Positions 50,868 to 64,000 of a DNA stretch of 64,000 nucleotides are shown here, in pieces. The notes beneath the pieces are model-generated. The model ran no database searches, was not told the origin of the DNA, and saw only the letters and a program-made list of their open reading frames with translations. Position 1 is the stretch's first letter; every line of letters starts with the position of its first letter. The DNA comes from Octopus sinensis (taxonomy: Eukaryota), in assembly GCF_006345805.1 (NCBI RefSeq), contig NC_042997.1, positions 184,450,001-184,514,000 of the forward strand, read 5' to 3'. Position numbers and translations under genes: made by a program.

Positions 50868-51960
50868 GCATATACATCTATACATATATACATACGTATA
50901 CGTGTATGTAATGTATATATGTATATATATACATGTATACATTTATGTATATATGTATATATACATATATACATATACGTGTATGTATGTATGCATGTAT
51001 GTATGTAGGTAGGTAAGTAGGTAGGTAGGTAGGTAGGTAGGTAGGTAGGTAGGTATATCCTTATATTCGAATTGAGATTGAAAGAGAACATGTCACTGAA
51101 AGAGAGAAAAGCGAAATTTGAATATATAATCTAATCAGAAAATGGGATTTTCTATAACGCAATCAGATGCTAGTTTATTGATGCCGTTATTCTGTTATAT
51201 TTCGCATTCGACTGTTGTGTGTTTTATGGGAAATTGAAATTCTCTCCTGAAATTATTCTCATTGAAAAGATAATCATTTTGTATAGTTGCGGGAAGTCAA
51301 TTTCTCATGGGAGCCGTATTGAAGATTGTTATTTAGCATATTTTTGGATAAGAATATCTGACTGTTGGCTCCATTTTGGAGATGATCTTAGGAGGTCGTG
51401 TTAACTGCGTTTCAGTGTGTATTACACTTAAGAAGAAAGACAGACAGGCAGACCGATAGACAGACAGAAGAACAGAGAGGAAGGCATATAGAAGGCAGGT
51501 AGACAGGTAGGCAGGCTGTCGGGCTAACAGACGTAAGTTTGGTCTAATTACTTATGTTTGTGAGATGGAATAAGCAAAGCGTAATAAGGGACTGCAGTGG
51601 AAGAAGGGAAGTTAAATAAGTGAAAAAGAAAGGGGACAGAAGCAAAATGTAAATAACGTAAGAGAGTGAAAAAGGTAACGAACTTACCTTAGTGAAAGTA
51701 AGATAAGGTAACAGATGTGGCTATTAGGAAAACACAACGTAATTTAAATGAAAATGAAGTGTTTATGTGTGCGTATGTTTATGTATGTGTGTATATGTAT
51801 AAAGAGATAGATAGATAAATAGTGATAGAGAGATGGGGATAGGAAGGCAGATGGAAGGGAGATTGTAAAGAAAACAAAGAAAAATGATGAGTAGAGAGGT
51901 GGAAGGAAAGGAACAAGGCATCTCACCTACATGAGACATAAGTGGCTTGATATATTGGTT

Positions 51961-52162
51961 TCAGACTTTGGCACAAGGCCAGAAATTTCGGGGAAGATAG
52001 GTAAGTCAATTACATCGACCCCAATGCTCAACTGGTACTTTTTTTTTATTAGTCCAGAAAGGAAAAAAAGTAAAGTCTACCTCGGCGGAAGTTGAACTCA
52101 GATCATAAAGACAGACGAAATGCCGCTAAGCGCTTTGCTAACGATTCTGCCAGCTCGCCACC
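51961..52162 (-). mobile_element. SINE family C variant
   Basis: Reverse complement of the family C head and core. Confidence 0.8.
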
Positions 52163-52224
52163 TTAGTGGCCTGATGTATTACCTTCATAAGAAAGAAAAT
52201 ATGGAATGATGAGAGAATTGATAG

Positions 52225-52425
52225 AAATTTTGGCACAAGGTAAGCAATTTTAGGGGTAGATGTGGGTTATTCGATTACATCGACCCCCGGACATGACTGT
52301 ACTTTATTGTACTTTATTTCATCGAGCCTGAAACAATGAAAGGCAAAGTTCATCACAGCGGTTAAACACGTGATGAAAAGTGCCGAAAGAAATACTGCTA
52401 AGTATTCTGTGCCAGCTCTCCTCCT
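52225..52425 (-). mobile_element. SINE family C, degraded
   Basis: gattacatcgacccc...tgaaaggcaaagt...gccagctc. Confidence 0.65.
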
Positions 52426-52533
52426 TGTGGCGCGATGAAGAGTCAAGAGTATATCGAAGCGGTCAACGCTATAGACGAGTTTATTTTCAGTGAGTCAGAA
52501 AAGAAGGATATATATATATTATTGTTTACTAAA

Positions 52534-52733
52534 GAAGGATATATAAATAAGTGAGAAGAAAACAAAGCACCACTGATGCGGTCACAGGAGTGTGACGAAA
52601 GAACTCTGGCCGAAATAAGATTAAGATTAATGTAAAAAATAAATAACACTGAAGCAAAGTAACACCAAATATATAGTGCGTGTGTTTTTATTGGCTAAAC
52701 TGGCAAAATGACCATTCCGAAATATAACAATAA
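52534..52733 (+). mobile_element. Family P hammerhead-bearing mini-element with about 24-bp direct flanking repeat
   Basis: Motif CCA-CTGATGCG-GTCAC-AGGAGT-GTGAC-GAAA-GAAC-TC-TGG at 52570-52609. atatatatattattgtttactaaa lies on both sides. Confidence 0.8.
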
Positions 52734-52775
52734 GATATATATATTATTGTTTACTAAAATAAAGAACAGTTTCAA

Positions 52776-52970
52776 ATTTTGGCACTAGACTAGTAGCTTT
52801 TGAGAGGAGGGAAAGTCGATTACATCATCCCGAGAACTCAACTGCTATATATTCTATTGACCCCGAAATGATAAAAGACGAGGTCAGCCGCGGCAAAATT
52901 TAAATTCAGAACGTAAATACAGACGAATTGCCGTAAGCATTGCTACCGGAATGTTAGCGATTCCTCCAGT
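52776..52970 (-). mobile_element. SINE family C, degraded
   Basis: Reverse complement of a degenerate family C core and head. Confidence 0.65.
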
Positions 52971-53127
52971 ACGTGGGTTCAGTTACTAAAATAAAAATAA
53001 AAATAAAAATAAAATGGCATTTGATTTGCAAGTAAGAGATTTGAAATCGGGATGTAAGGAATATTTTTTATTTTACCTTTTTGTCACTAAGTTAAACTTA
53101 AATGCCAATATAATGGAAACGAAAACA

Positions 53128-53343
53128 GGGCGACGAGTTGGCAGAAGCGTTAACACGCCGGGCAAAATGGTTATTGGCATTTAGCCCGTCATTACGTTCT
53201 GAGTTCAAATTCCGTCGAAGTTTACTTTTCCTTTCATTCTATCTGGGTCTGATAAAATAAGTACCAGTTGAGCACCGGTGTCTATATAATCGACTGACAC
53301 ATTCCCTCAAAATTGCTGGCCTTGCACCATAATTTGAAACCAA
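53128..53343 (+). mobile_element. SINE family C variant
   Basis: ggcgacgagttggcagaagcgttaac...ttctgagttcaaattcc...taagtaccagttgagcac. Confidence 0.8.
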
Positions 53344-55699
53344 TATGAGAGAAAAGAATGCGTTAGCTTTTGCTGTAAGCATTACAGAAACGAAGGATGT
53401 GTATAGTATTTAAAAGAAAAGAAGCAAAAATACTTCAGCATTTCCTAATCTTATGATCACTATTGTGATGTAGGATTTTATCTGACTGTGAAAGTTGCTG
53501 TAATAAGCAACATAGGACGTTGGTAATAGCTTACTGAATCAACTCTGAGATTTAGTTTGCTTCCGTTGGAATAATTATCCACTGATCACTAATTCCAGAG
53601 GCATAAGGAATATCTTATGGTCATGTGAGAAAAATATTCACTCATGTAATCACAAAGGATTTACGTGTAATCCCGAATGAACATCACAGCCTCGTGTTTC
53701 GATATTTTTCTTTGTGTTCCTAAGACTAATCTTTTTATACTTGTGAAATGTTATATTTGCCCTCTCTAATCTGTCTATAAAGAAAGCGCTGCACATCCAT
53801 AATCTTCGAAATGAACCTGTATTGATTTGGTCAAAGTGTAGAGGTCATTTCAGCTGTTTTCTTTTTTTTTTTCCTTTAGCCAGAGTAAATAATGTAAACT
53901 CTTTGCTGCTTGCCAACCTGGTTTCAACAAGTCTTCTTACCAGAGAGTTCATGCTGACATATCGATTTTGAAATTGTTGCATCTCTTGTTTGGGATGGAT
54001 GCTGATGTTTGGCAGAAATGGAGGCAGACGTTAGTAATCTGCCAGAATCATTGAGTATAAATTTTAACGTGCTGTTAATGATTATTGAGTTGGGAGAAGC
54101 GGGAGACTATTATATTGGTTGGATTAATGAGGACTGGCATCAAGAAAGCACGGAAGGTGATCAGGAAATGGCTTTTGTTGCGTTGCTGGTCAACGCCACT
54201 ATTTCTTGTTGAAAGGATGGAAGCTTATTAAAATTTCGACATTTGTACGATTTGTTGCTTCCGAGGTTCCAGTTCTGCTATTGTGTATAAATTTAAGAGA
54301 TAGAGCATCAGTGTTGCGATTCATTTTAGATTCTGCTGTCAAATAGCCGGAGACAGCTTAATGATGAGATATTCCCATTGGGGGGAAAGTAACTAGTTGA
54401 AGAAGATGAATTATTATATATTGATCTCATATGGCGCATTAAGTGAACACTGTCGATAAAATCGATTACAAAAATAAAATTACAAAATAGAGTTTTTACG
54501 CATCTTACTAGAAATAGACGGTGTACTCGAAAAAAATATGCAGACGCAACTAAGATTTAGTGACACTGAAATTAAGGTGTTCTCCATTATAAGGTGAGCA
54601 TAGCTTTAGGAAATTAACGTCATCCTTGAACAAGAATAAATTTAGATTATAAATAGTTAAAAAAATGTGAAATCTAAATTCAATGCAGTGGTTCTCAAAC
54701 TGCAAACTACAAGCCCTTCGATAATGTCGGCGAAAGATTTTGCAATCTCTTCCCGTCTTCATTAATGAAACGACAAAATAGTTTCCGTGTAATTCTATTG
54801 TCAGCACATTATTTTGATAAATTTGAAAAAGTTGTAAACTATCGTAATTTTATTGCACATGGCAATTTGTCCGCCATCTTTTCGATCCTCACAGTCTCAC
54901 GAAAAAAGAAAAAAACAATGTCAAGCACTTGTACCATTTTCCGAATATACAGTACATGCGTATTGACGTAGTTTATAATTGTGTATCTGCCGTATATTAC
55001 AGGTAAACATGTATAACCAAGGAAATTTTATTGTTATCTTCACTTAAGCGGACAACTTTGGCATCTGCTGTTACCTTCATTACTCCTCTATTTAATCTCA
55101 CAATTTTTTGATTTCACATCTATAAAACACACACACACACACATACACACACACACACACACACATACACACACACACACACACACACATACACACACAT
55201 ACACACACATACACATTACATCTTTGATGATAAGGGATGACTAAAACGCTGGAATGTCATAGTGAACGCAATACAAGACTCAGTTCAAACTAAGGCAATA
55301 TACGAACAAAATACTTTTCGAGATTTTGTTACGTCTCTTTACATTCTCAGTTAAAAATCCTGCTTTTATTGTATTACTTTCAGAGTTGATAAAACGAAAG
55401 CCCACCAAGAACTGGGCTCTCTCCAACATCCCTGGCGCTGTGCCAATGTTAGAACACCATACTGATTTCAAATATACTGAGATCGTCTTTACGTTTTATC
55501 TGTCAATTGATAAAAGAAAATATCGATCATTTACTAAAATTGCCACAAACAAGTCTAACGGGCCTACTTTGGCAAAATACTACCTGAATGGGAGAATCGA
55601 TGCACTTGACCATCCTACTAGAAATAACGTCAAAAATCTCCACTAAATCAAATCACACTCGTATATATATGTGTGTGTGTGTGAGTGTGTGTGTTTGTG

Positions 55700-55843
55700 T
55701 TTGTACCCCTTGATAGTCAGTATTAGTTTGTTCGCGTCCCGTAACCTAGCGGCTCGGCATAGCAGAATAAGTACTAGACTTCAAAAAGTATTGGTACTGG
55801 TGGAGATTTGTTCCACTAAATCTTCCAGTGTAGTGCTCCAGCA
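55700..55843 (+). mobile_element. Old SINE A-related 3' half
   Basis: cgtcccgtaacctagcggctcggc...gaataagtactag...gtgctccagcat. Confidence 0.6.
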
Positions 55844-55907
55844 TATATATATATATATGTGTGTGTGTGTGTATGTATATATTTATATATATATATATAT
55901 ATATATA

Positions 55908-56108
55908 AAGTTAATCCAAACATGAAAACACAAAGAGAAAACACAACAACGCGAGGACGTGGAACAAATATAGTATTATTGGACGCTCAGGAAGGAAGGA
56001 AAGAAGGAGAGTTTAACGTTTTGAGCGGAGCTCTTCGTCAGAAACATAGGAAAAGGAAAGGTCCAGAGAAGGGAAGACGGAGGAAAAAATCGCCAACAGT
56101 ACACACGC
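55908..56108. mobile_element. Family Q PLE terminal-repeat-like element with minus-strand minimal hammerhead
   Basis: Homologous to the 8655 copy. The reverse complement of 56011-56046 is GTTT-CTGACGA-A-GAGC-TCC-GCTC-AAAA-CG-TT-AAAC. Confidence 0.7.
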
Positions 56109-56211
56109 GCTCACATAAAAGATTGTGGGTAAGGCCAAAGCAATGCGAAGTATATGCAAGGTAAATCACAAGAAAATAAATGTGTAAATTATGTAGACTA
56201 TATATATATAT

Positions 56212-56278
<67 letters not shown>

Positions 56279-56344
56279 CGTTCCCCAGTTCATTCCTGAT
56301 GTGAAATCGTCTGTTGAAATAGATATTCATGTATTTCTGGAAGG

Positions 56345-56550
56345 TGATTTTATTATTTATTTATTATTATTTTTTACAAATAAACATACGCACTATATAT
56401 ATATTTTTTCACTCGTTTATTATTATTATTTTATTATTTTAACGCTTGCCCATTGTCCAGAAATCTTACGTCACACATCTGTGACCTCTTGAGCGACACT
56501 TTTCGTTTCCGTGTGTATTCTTGCTCCACTTACTCCGTTCTGTTCATCTA
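56345..56550 (-). mobile_element. Family P diverged subfamily copy
   Basis: Homologous to the 8303 copy. The minus strand at 56457-56496 reads CTCAAGAG-GTCAC-AGATGT-GTGAC-GTAA-GATT-TC-TGG. Confidence 0.6.
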
Positions 56551-56929
56551 AGATGTATATTCTTACGTGCGCATGCGTTTGTGTGCTCGTTTGATTTTTT
56601 TTTGTGTGTGTATGTGTGTGTATCATAGTTTTTAGCGGCAATGTGGCCTTCTCCTCAGCCCCAACGTCCTACCCAGATGTGCTGCTGCTGTCTTAAGACC
56701 TGAGAAAAAAATGGAAGGTACAGTTCCTGTATCCCTCTGTGCATGTGTGCTTGTTCGCGATGTTGGCGTCGTGGTAGTTGTTGTTATTGCCTTCTTCGGC
56801 ACCGCCGCTACTGCTGACTGCGTTAGTTGTGTAGCTGACATCATATGGCCGTCCATGACGTTTCATATGAGTGTGTTTGTGTTTGTGTATGGATTCGCTT
56901 CGTATGTATCCATACTCTTTATATAGTTC

Positions 56930-57290
56930 ACTGACCTAGTGACTGGACCACTGACGAAACCGGTCTGCGGAACCAATGTTGCCAACAACTACCGGATTAC
57001 CTACTTCCTCTCAATGATCATACGCCCCTTGATAAAAATGTCCTCAGATGTGTGTGACAGCACAGAGGACCTCCTCAACAGAATCAATGAGTGCAACCAT
57101 GCCCACGACCTGACGGGATGCATAATAGGCCGTATGGACGTAGTGTCCCAAAATCCATCCATTGAAGTTGATTTTGCTGTGGAGGAATGTGTGGACATGA
57201 TCAGAGTGATTGATGTGGAGTTCTCTGCTGTTGACATTGAAGAACAAGGCCTCTTCCTAAGACTGACATGCGACAATGAGTAATTAGATA
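56930..57290 (+). mobile_element. Penelope-like reverse transcriptase fragment
   Basis: TKPVCGTNVANNYRITYFLSMIIRPL...VCDSTEDLLNRI...IIGRMDVVSQNPSI corresponds to the PLE RP(V/I)...S..DLL...S(L/M)DV.SLYPSI motifs. Confidence 0.65.
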
Positions 57291-57365
57291 AACATGACCT
57301 TAGTTGTTTCTTCCCCACTAGATCTATAAGAGGTAGACACCCCCCACTATAACTTCTATGGTCAA

Positions 57366-57424
57366 GAAGACACCCAAAGACATCACGAAGACACCCAAAG
57401 ACATCACGAAGACACCCAAAGACA
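57366..57424. repeat. 21-bp minisatellite, about 2.8 copies
   Basis: gaagacacccaaagacatcac units at 57366, 57387 and 57408. Confidence 0.95.
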
Positions 57425-57737
57425 GATGAAACGGGTATACATACAAGTAAGTGTATATGATTTTTCCAAAGCACCTAAATTTATATACGAAATATCGTAT
57501 TTAAAAAGTAAGTTTCGAGCATGTGATTAAATGGAAAGTTTCGCACACATATTAATGTATTTTTCTCCTTCCATCTCGCTTTCTCTGTCGTTGTATACAC
57601 GTACATATGTATGTTTGTATGAATACTTGTAGACATATGAATACATACATATATACATTTATACATATGTACGTACCTACCTACCTAACTGAATGCATAC
57701 ATACATATAAACGCATGCATACACACATATATGCATC

Positions 57738-57774
<37 letters not shown>

Positions 57775-58407
57775 ATATATATATTATACATGTATATATT
57801 ATATTATATATATTATATAATATATATATATATATATAATATATATATGATATATGTATGTCATATGTACATGCACGTAGTACGTAGACACACACGTACA
57901 TATATTATGAACATCACATATCCAAACCTATGCTTACGTGCCTGTAAGGTCTGCTTTTCACATTAGTCATTTGGTTGGTTCGCAAGGAAAACCTAGCGTG
58001 TGACTGTCAATATTAAGACGATACTGAAGGGAGCGCTTCAATGTCAGCGCGGCTTGCTGCATTATTCAACAGAAGCCGATACAGGAATATCATGCGTCGC
58101 TACCCATACTACTGAAAATAACCATTTTCGTTTAGCATTTGCAATCAAACGATATATATCCCTTCGGGAAATAGTTGTCATGAAGTTACTGGCGCCAGGG
58201 ATCCTACTACTGGTGAATAACAAAATCCCGGAGTTTAAAGTTTCGTTTTCAGAGAATGATGGTAATGAATAGATAGAAGGAAGATGTGATAGGCGAATGG
58301 AAAGAATATATACACATATATACACACATACATTCATACATACATATATATATTATATATATAATATATATATATATTATATATATATCTATATATATAT
58401 ATATATA

Positions 58408-58443
<36 letters not shown>

Positions 58444-59832
58444 AATATCCTAATGTACAAACATGCATACACACACCACACAGGCTCAGAGGGAAAGAGA
58501 GAGAGGGAGAGAGAGATGTAAGAAGATTTTAATATTCAGCTAGTAATCCTAATTTTGTATTTTTTTCTATGAATGATTCTGCATTTAAATATGGCCACGA
58601 AATACGAACATATAAGTGAAATACAAGTTTTTTTTATGAAACTGTTGGAATGTAATGCAGAAGAAGAATTCTAAGCAAGTACATGTGCACACATCTATAT
58701 ATGTACACCAGTTTATGTATAATTGGAATTCTGTCAGTGATATTTAATATATCAATACTTTATTTTTGAATAATCGGTCTTTTCCATGATGAAGTATTTT
58801 CTGTTACTCTGGAAGATTTTATTCCAAACATTATCAGTACCATACATTTCTTCGAAGGTTGAATTTAAATATTTTTAGCATTTTCTTTTTATACCGAAAG
58901 TTTGCACCCTTTTGTAAAGTTATTTCTGCTCAGAAAGTTTGTCGTGGATTTTGCATCCTTCCTTGATACGAGAATACTCTGCTCTTCAAACTTACTTCTT
59001 TCACCTGTAACATTATTGATTCTATGTCCGTTGAAAGAAAAGCATAGGCCAAATTTTCGGAGCTTACATAATTCTTATCCTATCCGGCGGCTAATTGCGA
59101 ATTCAGAGATGTTTTAATCGCTATTTTGCTATATCAGTAGAGGCCGATTTTGCCTTAGCATGCGGTCACAGTGGATGATTGTTACTAACGAACCTCCCAA
59201 AAGGAAGACATTCGTATTAGCAATCCCACCACCAATGTTGGACAGTTTCCGTCCGCTACTGATATATTTCTGTGCGTTTCTTTTAAACAATATATGATTT
59301 AATGTCGAAACGAGATAAGATCATAGCAATATTGAATGAGTTGCGCTGTTGGACTACCAGATCGGGAGAAATTCATTTGTATCAGCGCCAAGCATTGTTT
59401 AGGCATAAGCGAACTTTGGGTTAATTAAATATGTTTGTGACATGTTTCAACTTCTAAAGGCAAATTGACTGCAGCTATCGTAGAGAAAAAAATTCTTTTG
59501 TCACGGTAAAATATGTAAAAACACCATATCTGCCCAGTGTTGTCTCCTGTTGGATACCTAGACACAACATTTCCAACTCTTTAGCTGTTCTGTATCCACA
59601 CGGCTAAAGTCACACAATCTCCTCTGGTTCCTATGTATCAATATATATATATATATATAACAATGATAAATCTCAGAGCGAGTTATAAACAGTAGCGGTA
59701 ACACATCGTGACGCATCGTGAGAGGGCACAGATAGTGTGTCTATAGCCAGCTGGAGGAGATATCTTCTGGGGCTACAAACTACAGTAGCATCCACCCTTA
59801 GGGGTTAGCCATATTCAAATGGCAAATATGCG

Positions 59833-59873
<41 letters not shown>

Positions 59874-59880
59874 ATATATA

Positions 59881-59996
<116 letters not shown>

Positions 59997-60198
59997 GTAT
60001 ATAAAGCATGATATAGTTATGTAACATAACAATTCTTACAGCCGTTTCCACTTCCAATGCCAATCAGTGCCACAAGAATTACGAAAATAATATTTTTTCA
60101 TTTTCATAGGACATTTGAACTAGAACACGAAATAATAAGCTTTAGATGTGGTCCAACTGGTTTTTTGATGATCTGAGGTTTTCTCCATTTTCTGATTT

Positions 60199-60257
<59 letters not shown>

Positions 60258-61593
60258 ATTATATATATATATATATCACATATATAAGTACAGGACGTCA
60301 CCAACAGTGCAATTAAATGAAATACCTAAATAAACGAGGAAAAACGAGTGAAATTCGTAAACAATGAGAAGTGGGAAATAGGACGAGTTAGCACAGGAAA
60401 AGGACCCTTCATCTTTTGTCGGCTGTCTACCTACTCCTCATTTCGAGCATTCAACGACAATATTAGTCTTCAAAGACAGTTGCTCGCATAAATTCTAAAA
60501 TATATGATTTATGGAGGGTCAGAGTTGGGAACAAAAATCGACAGTGGAAACATACAAGGAAACCGAACGAAAACAAACATGGAGGGTCGTTAGACCAGAA
60601 CGAGAGGAAAATAGTGAATGCTGCAAGAAACTTTTTTTGAAATGGGAAAAGATAGAAGAGAGAGAGAAAATTTTAGAAAAAATAAGTAAACGAGTGGAAA
60701 CTTTACCGGTGAGTGTGTTAAATTATAAGGCACTAAAAGGGAATGACTCTCTACAGATACAACAAAATATGTTTCAACACACGAATTTACATAAAGAATC
60801 TTACAAACCAAATCCAAAGTCTGTCTCTCTTTCTTTCCCTCTTTCTCTTTTTATCTTTCTCTCGTTGCTCACATGTTACCATCGTCCATCTTTCTTTTCC
60901 GGCACGGACGTGTTTTTTCCTTCTGTAAATGGGCCACATCTGTTAAAATTTCTCTGAGGGTCTTTTCAACATGACTGATGGAGGCTATTTCAGCTCTCGC
61001 ACTTTTGCATGATATGCATCTAAAATAGAATGCCTTCGTTTCTTTTGCCTCAATTATTTCGGGAGGTACGAGCACTGCTGCCTTTCCCCCGCTCAAATTA
61101 AATAATGCCTTTCGCCTTTGATAGTTCACCTATTTTGTCATCGAGTCGAGTGCGATGGCAAATATTTCTCTCTGTGTCGTTACATCAGCAAACCTTTCGT
61201 TTTTCCTGTTGTCTTTGTTGTTGCTGTTACTGCAGCTGCTACTGTTGCTGTTGGTGGTGGTGAAGTTGTGGCCACTTCCACTGATGCTGCTATCACCACT
61301 ACTGTCACCAGTATTTCCTTCTACTTTGCATTATTTTCCGCGCTAAAATCTGTAGCATTGTCTCTGCTACTACTGTTGCTGTTGCTATTACAGTTTCTCG
61401 CGTTGTTGCTGCTACAACTACTACAACTTCTGCTGCCGCAGTCAGTGCTGCTGCCGCGGTCACCGCTTCGGCTGTTGCTGTCATTGCTATCACTGCTGTT
61501 GTCGATTATGCCACTGCCAGGTGGACTTCGTACTTTTTTTCCGTCTTTCTCCTCCTCTCCTCCTGTATACTACCCTGGGGCTATAACTTACGT

Positions 61594-61794
61594 AATTTCT
61601 ACTCTTCTCCTCTGGAAGCCATCTATTCGCAATACCAGAGGGCGCACACTCTCCTACCCTGATGTAATCTCCAGGGATACAGGCATCCAGCAACAGGACC
61701 TGCGTAATGCCATGATGGACCGTGAAGTCTGGCGTAGCATGGTAACTTCCATTGTCTCGACCACGGTCGAACAATGATGATGATGATGATGATG
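61594..61794 (+). mobile_element. RTE-like LINE 3' end with (TGA)n tail and 11-bp TSD
   Basis: LLLWKP...RGRTLSYPDVISRDTG...DLRNAMMDREVWR. TSD ataacttacgt at 61583-61593 and 61795-61805. Confidence 0.85.
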
Positions 61795-61805
61795 ATAACT
61801 TACGT

Positions 61806-61945
61806 TCAGAATTCAAATTCCGCCTAGGTCGCCTTTGTCCTTTATTCTTTCGGTGTCAGTAAAATAAGTACCAGTTGAATACTGGGGTTGATGTAATTTC
61901 CTTTCCCCAAATTTGCTGCCCGAGTGCAAAAATTTGAAATTATTA
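61806..61945 (+). mobile_element. SINE family C body/tail
   Basis: ttcaaattccgcctaggtcg...aaataagtaccagttgaatactggggttgatgtaat. Confidence 0.75.
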
Positions 61946-62008
61946 TCGTTATTGCTGTTGTTGATTCTTCTTGTTGCTGTCATTGTAGTCGTTCTTATGG
62001 ATACGTAG

Positions 62009-62045
<37 letters not shown>

Positions 62046-62355
62046 GTATATATATCCATTATAAATATATATATTTATATAATAGAAATATTAAAATTAC
62101 TAAGTCTCTATAAATATATATACTTTACACACGTGTATGTGTGTGTGTATGTACTGTACACACCTATGAATTTATAGTACAGACATTTTCTTATATGAAT
62201 CAACGTTTAGCGTGTAAATATTGTAAATATACATATACAAAGACTTTTGTGCTGAAGACAGAAACCATAAATCATTGACAGATAATATTCATTGTCATAA
62301 ATCTTCCATCTTCCACGGGCCTTTTGTGCACGTATTATGGAGATTAATTACATAC

Positions 62356-62388
<33 letters not shown>

Positions 62389-62424
62389 TTATATATATAA
62401 TATATATATATATATGTATATGTA

Positions 62425-62483
<59 letters not shown>

Positions 62484-63138
62484 ACACACACACACATAAA
62501 TGTGTGTATGTGTGCGCGTATTTGTATGTATGTATATATTATCTATCTATCTATCTGTCAATATTCATTTATTGTTTGACGAGTTTTTTACACGTTCTTT
62601 TTGAAAAGTGAGCATCGCCAGGTAAAAGTGATTACCAAAATCATATAGCTCTGACTGTTTGTTAACAATCGGGTATTTTGAATTGCTATCAATTTTTAAA
62701 GTCAGAAATACACCTCTAATGATGGAAGAAAATATGTATGCTTGAACATTTGGTTGTGTCTTTATTCATACAATTTTGTAACGTTACTTCAATACATATA
62801 TGCATTTCGGATTTCTTGTTTTTAATTATTTAAGTTATATTTTTAAAGAAGGCGTTGACTTCTGTCAAAGAGACAAATAAAAGTTTATTACTAAAATTTA
62901 AGCATTAATATCAGCGAAGATTTACAAGTTGAACCTGTCTTTTAATTTTATCTTTTACTTGCTTCAATCATTAGACTACGACCATGCTGAGTCATCGCTT
63001 TTTCAGTCTGGCACTTATCCTATCTCTACGAGGACATAAACAAACCCGCACACACCTACACACATGCACACACACATATCTCTGTATAAAGCCATCTATC
63101 TATCCATCCATGCCTCTCTCTCTCTTTCTCTCTCTCTA

Positions 63139-63225
<87 letters not shown>

Positions 63226-63433
63226 TTATTCTTTTTATTTTTTATTTTATTTATTTTTTTGTTTTATTTTGTTTTTTTTCTTCCCTTTTACGATCCCTCT
63301 TGATCGAAAACCTACGCCACCCCTTTTTTTTCTTTTTTTCTTTTGTTTTTTGTTTTTTTCATCCCCCAAAAGAAAAGCTCTACCTTGTAACTTGTCCCAT
63401 CTGTGTGCAGCCCTGTGTGGCCAATAAAGAAAC

Positions 63434-63493
<60 letters not shown>

Positions 63494-63498
63494 ATCTA

Positions 63499-63553
<55 letters not shown>

Positions 63554-64000
63554 ATATATATATATATATATATACCAGGATACCTATCTAATCATTCTTT
63601 ATAATACTTCCTTTCTCTTTCCTTCACCTCTCGCGCTATCTTTCCTTATTCAGCGTGACAGTAAAAACATAACCAACAATCAAAATATCTTGACTCGTGA
63701 CTAGCGCAAAAAAAAAATATATATTTAGTTCAAGTATAGTGTGGTGTATATTTATGAATGTATATCTACAGAATTAAGGCGTGTGTCTCTGTATTTTTCT
63801 CTCCCCGCTCTCCATAGACACATATGTATGTGCGTGTACGTCTACGCGCACATCCGTTTACGTGTGATTGTGTATGTGAATGAAATTGTAAACAACCAAA
63901 TGTTTTTTTTTATATATTCTTCCGAGATACGAAATATGGGATAAAATGTAACCTTAGCAGAAAATAGATGCTAATTAGTGAGGAAGTTGATTTATTTTTC

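Noticed and set aside
54009-54212. 67-aa acidic ORF (AEMEADVSNLPES...)
   Set aside because: TTG start directly after a stop, no recognisable family, no coherent splice sites.
54688-54705. hAT-like TIR cagtggttctcaaact
   Set aside because: No matching second TIR or 8-bp TSD was found.

Overview
Repeat-dominated, AT-rich animal genomic DNA with one 100-N assembly gap (46582-46681). The SINE families and the dense (TA)n, (TATG)n, (TATC)n, (CA)n and (TAA)n tracts look like an octopus or other coleoid cephalopod genome; this is inference from memory, with no search run. I found no host protein-coding gene that I can support. Nearly all long ORFs in the track are microsatellite read-throughs or transposon relics. 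Supported content: (1) three tRNA-like SINE families, here A, B and C, many with target-site duplications (TSDs); (2) LINE relics of CR1-like, RTE, R4/Dong and HERO-like type, plus an ORF1 zinc-knuckle relic; (3) Penelope-like (PLE) RT and GIY-YIG relics; (4) a mariner split by a SINE and a Helitron split by an RTE. The most interesting signals are small hammerhead-ribozyme-bearing elements and fold-back hairpins beside (TA)n tracts, a 5-kb (TAA)n landing pad stacked with R4/Dong fragments and a 555-bp non-coding element, and an apparently twin-primed RTE insertion. Edges of diverged elements are approximate (about +/-20 bp). All translations and pairings were done by eye.
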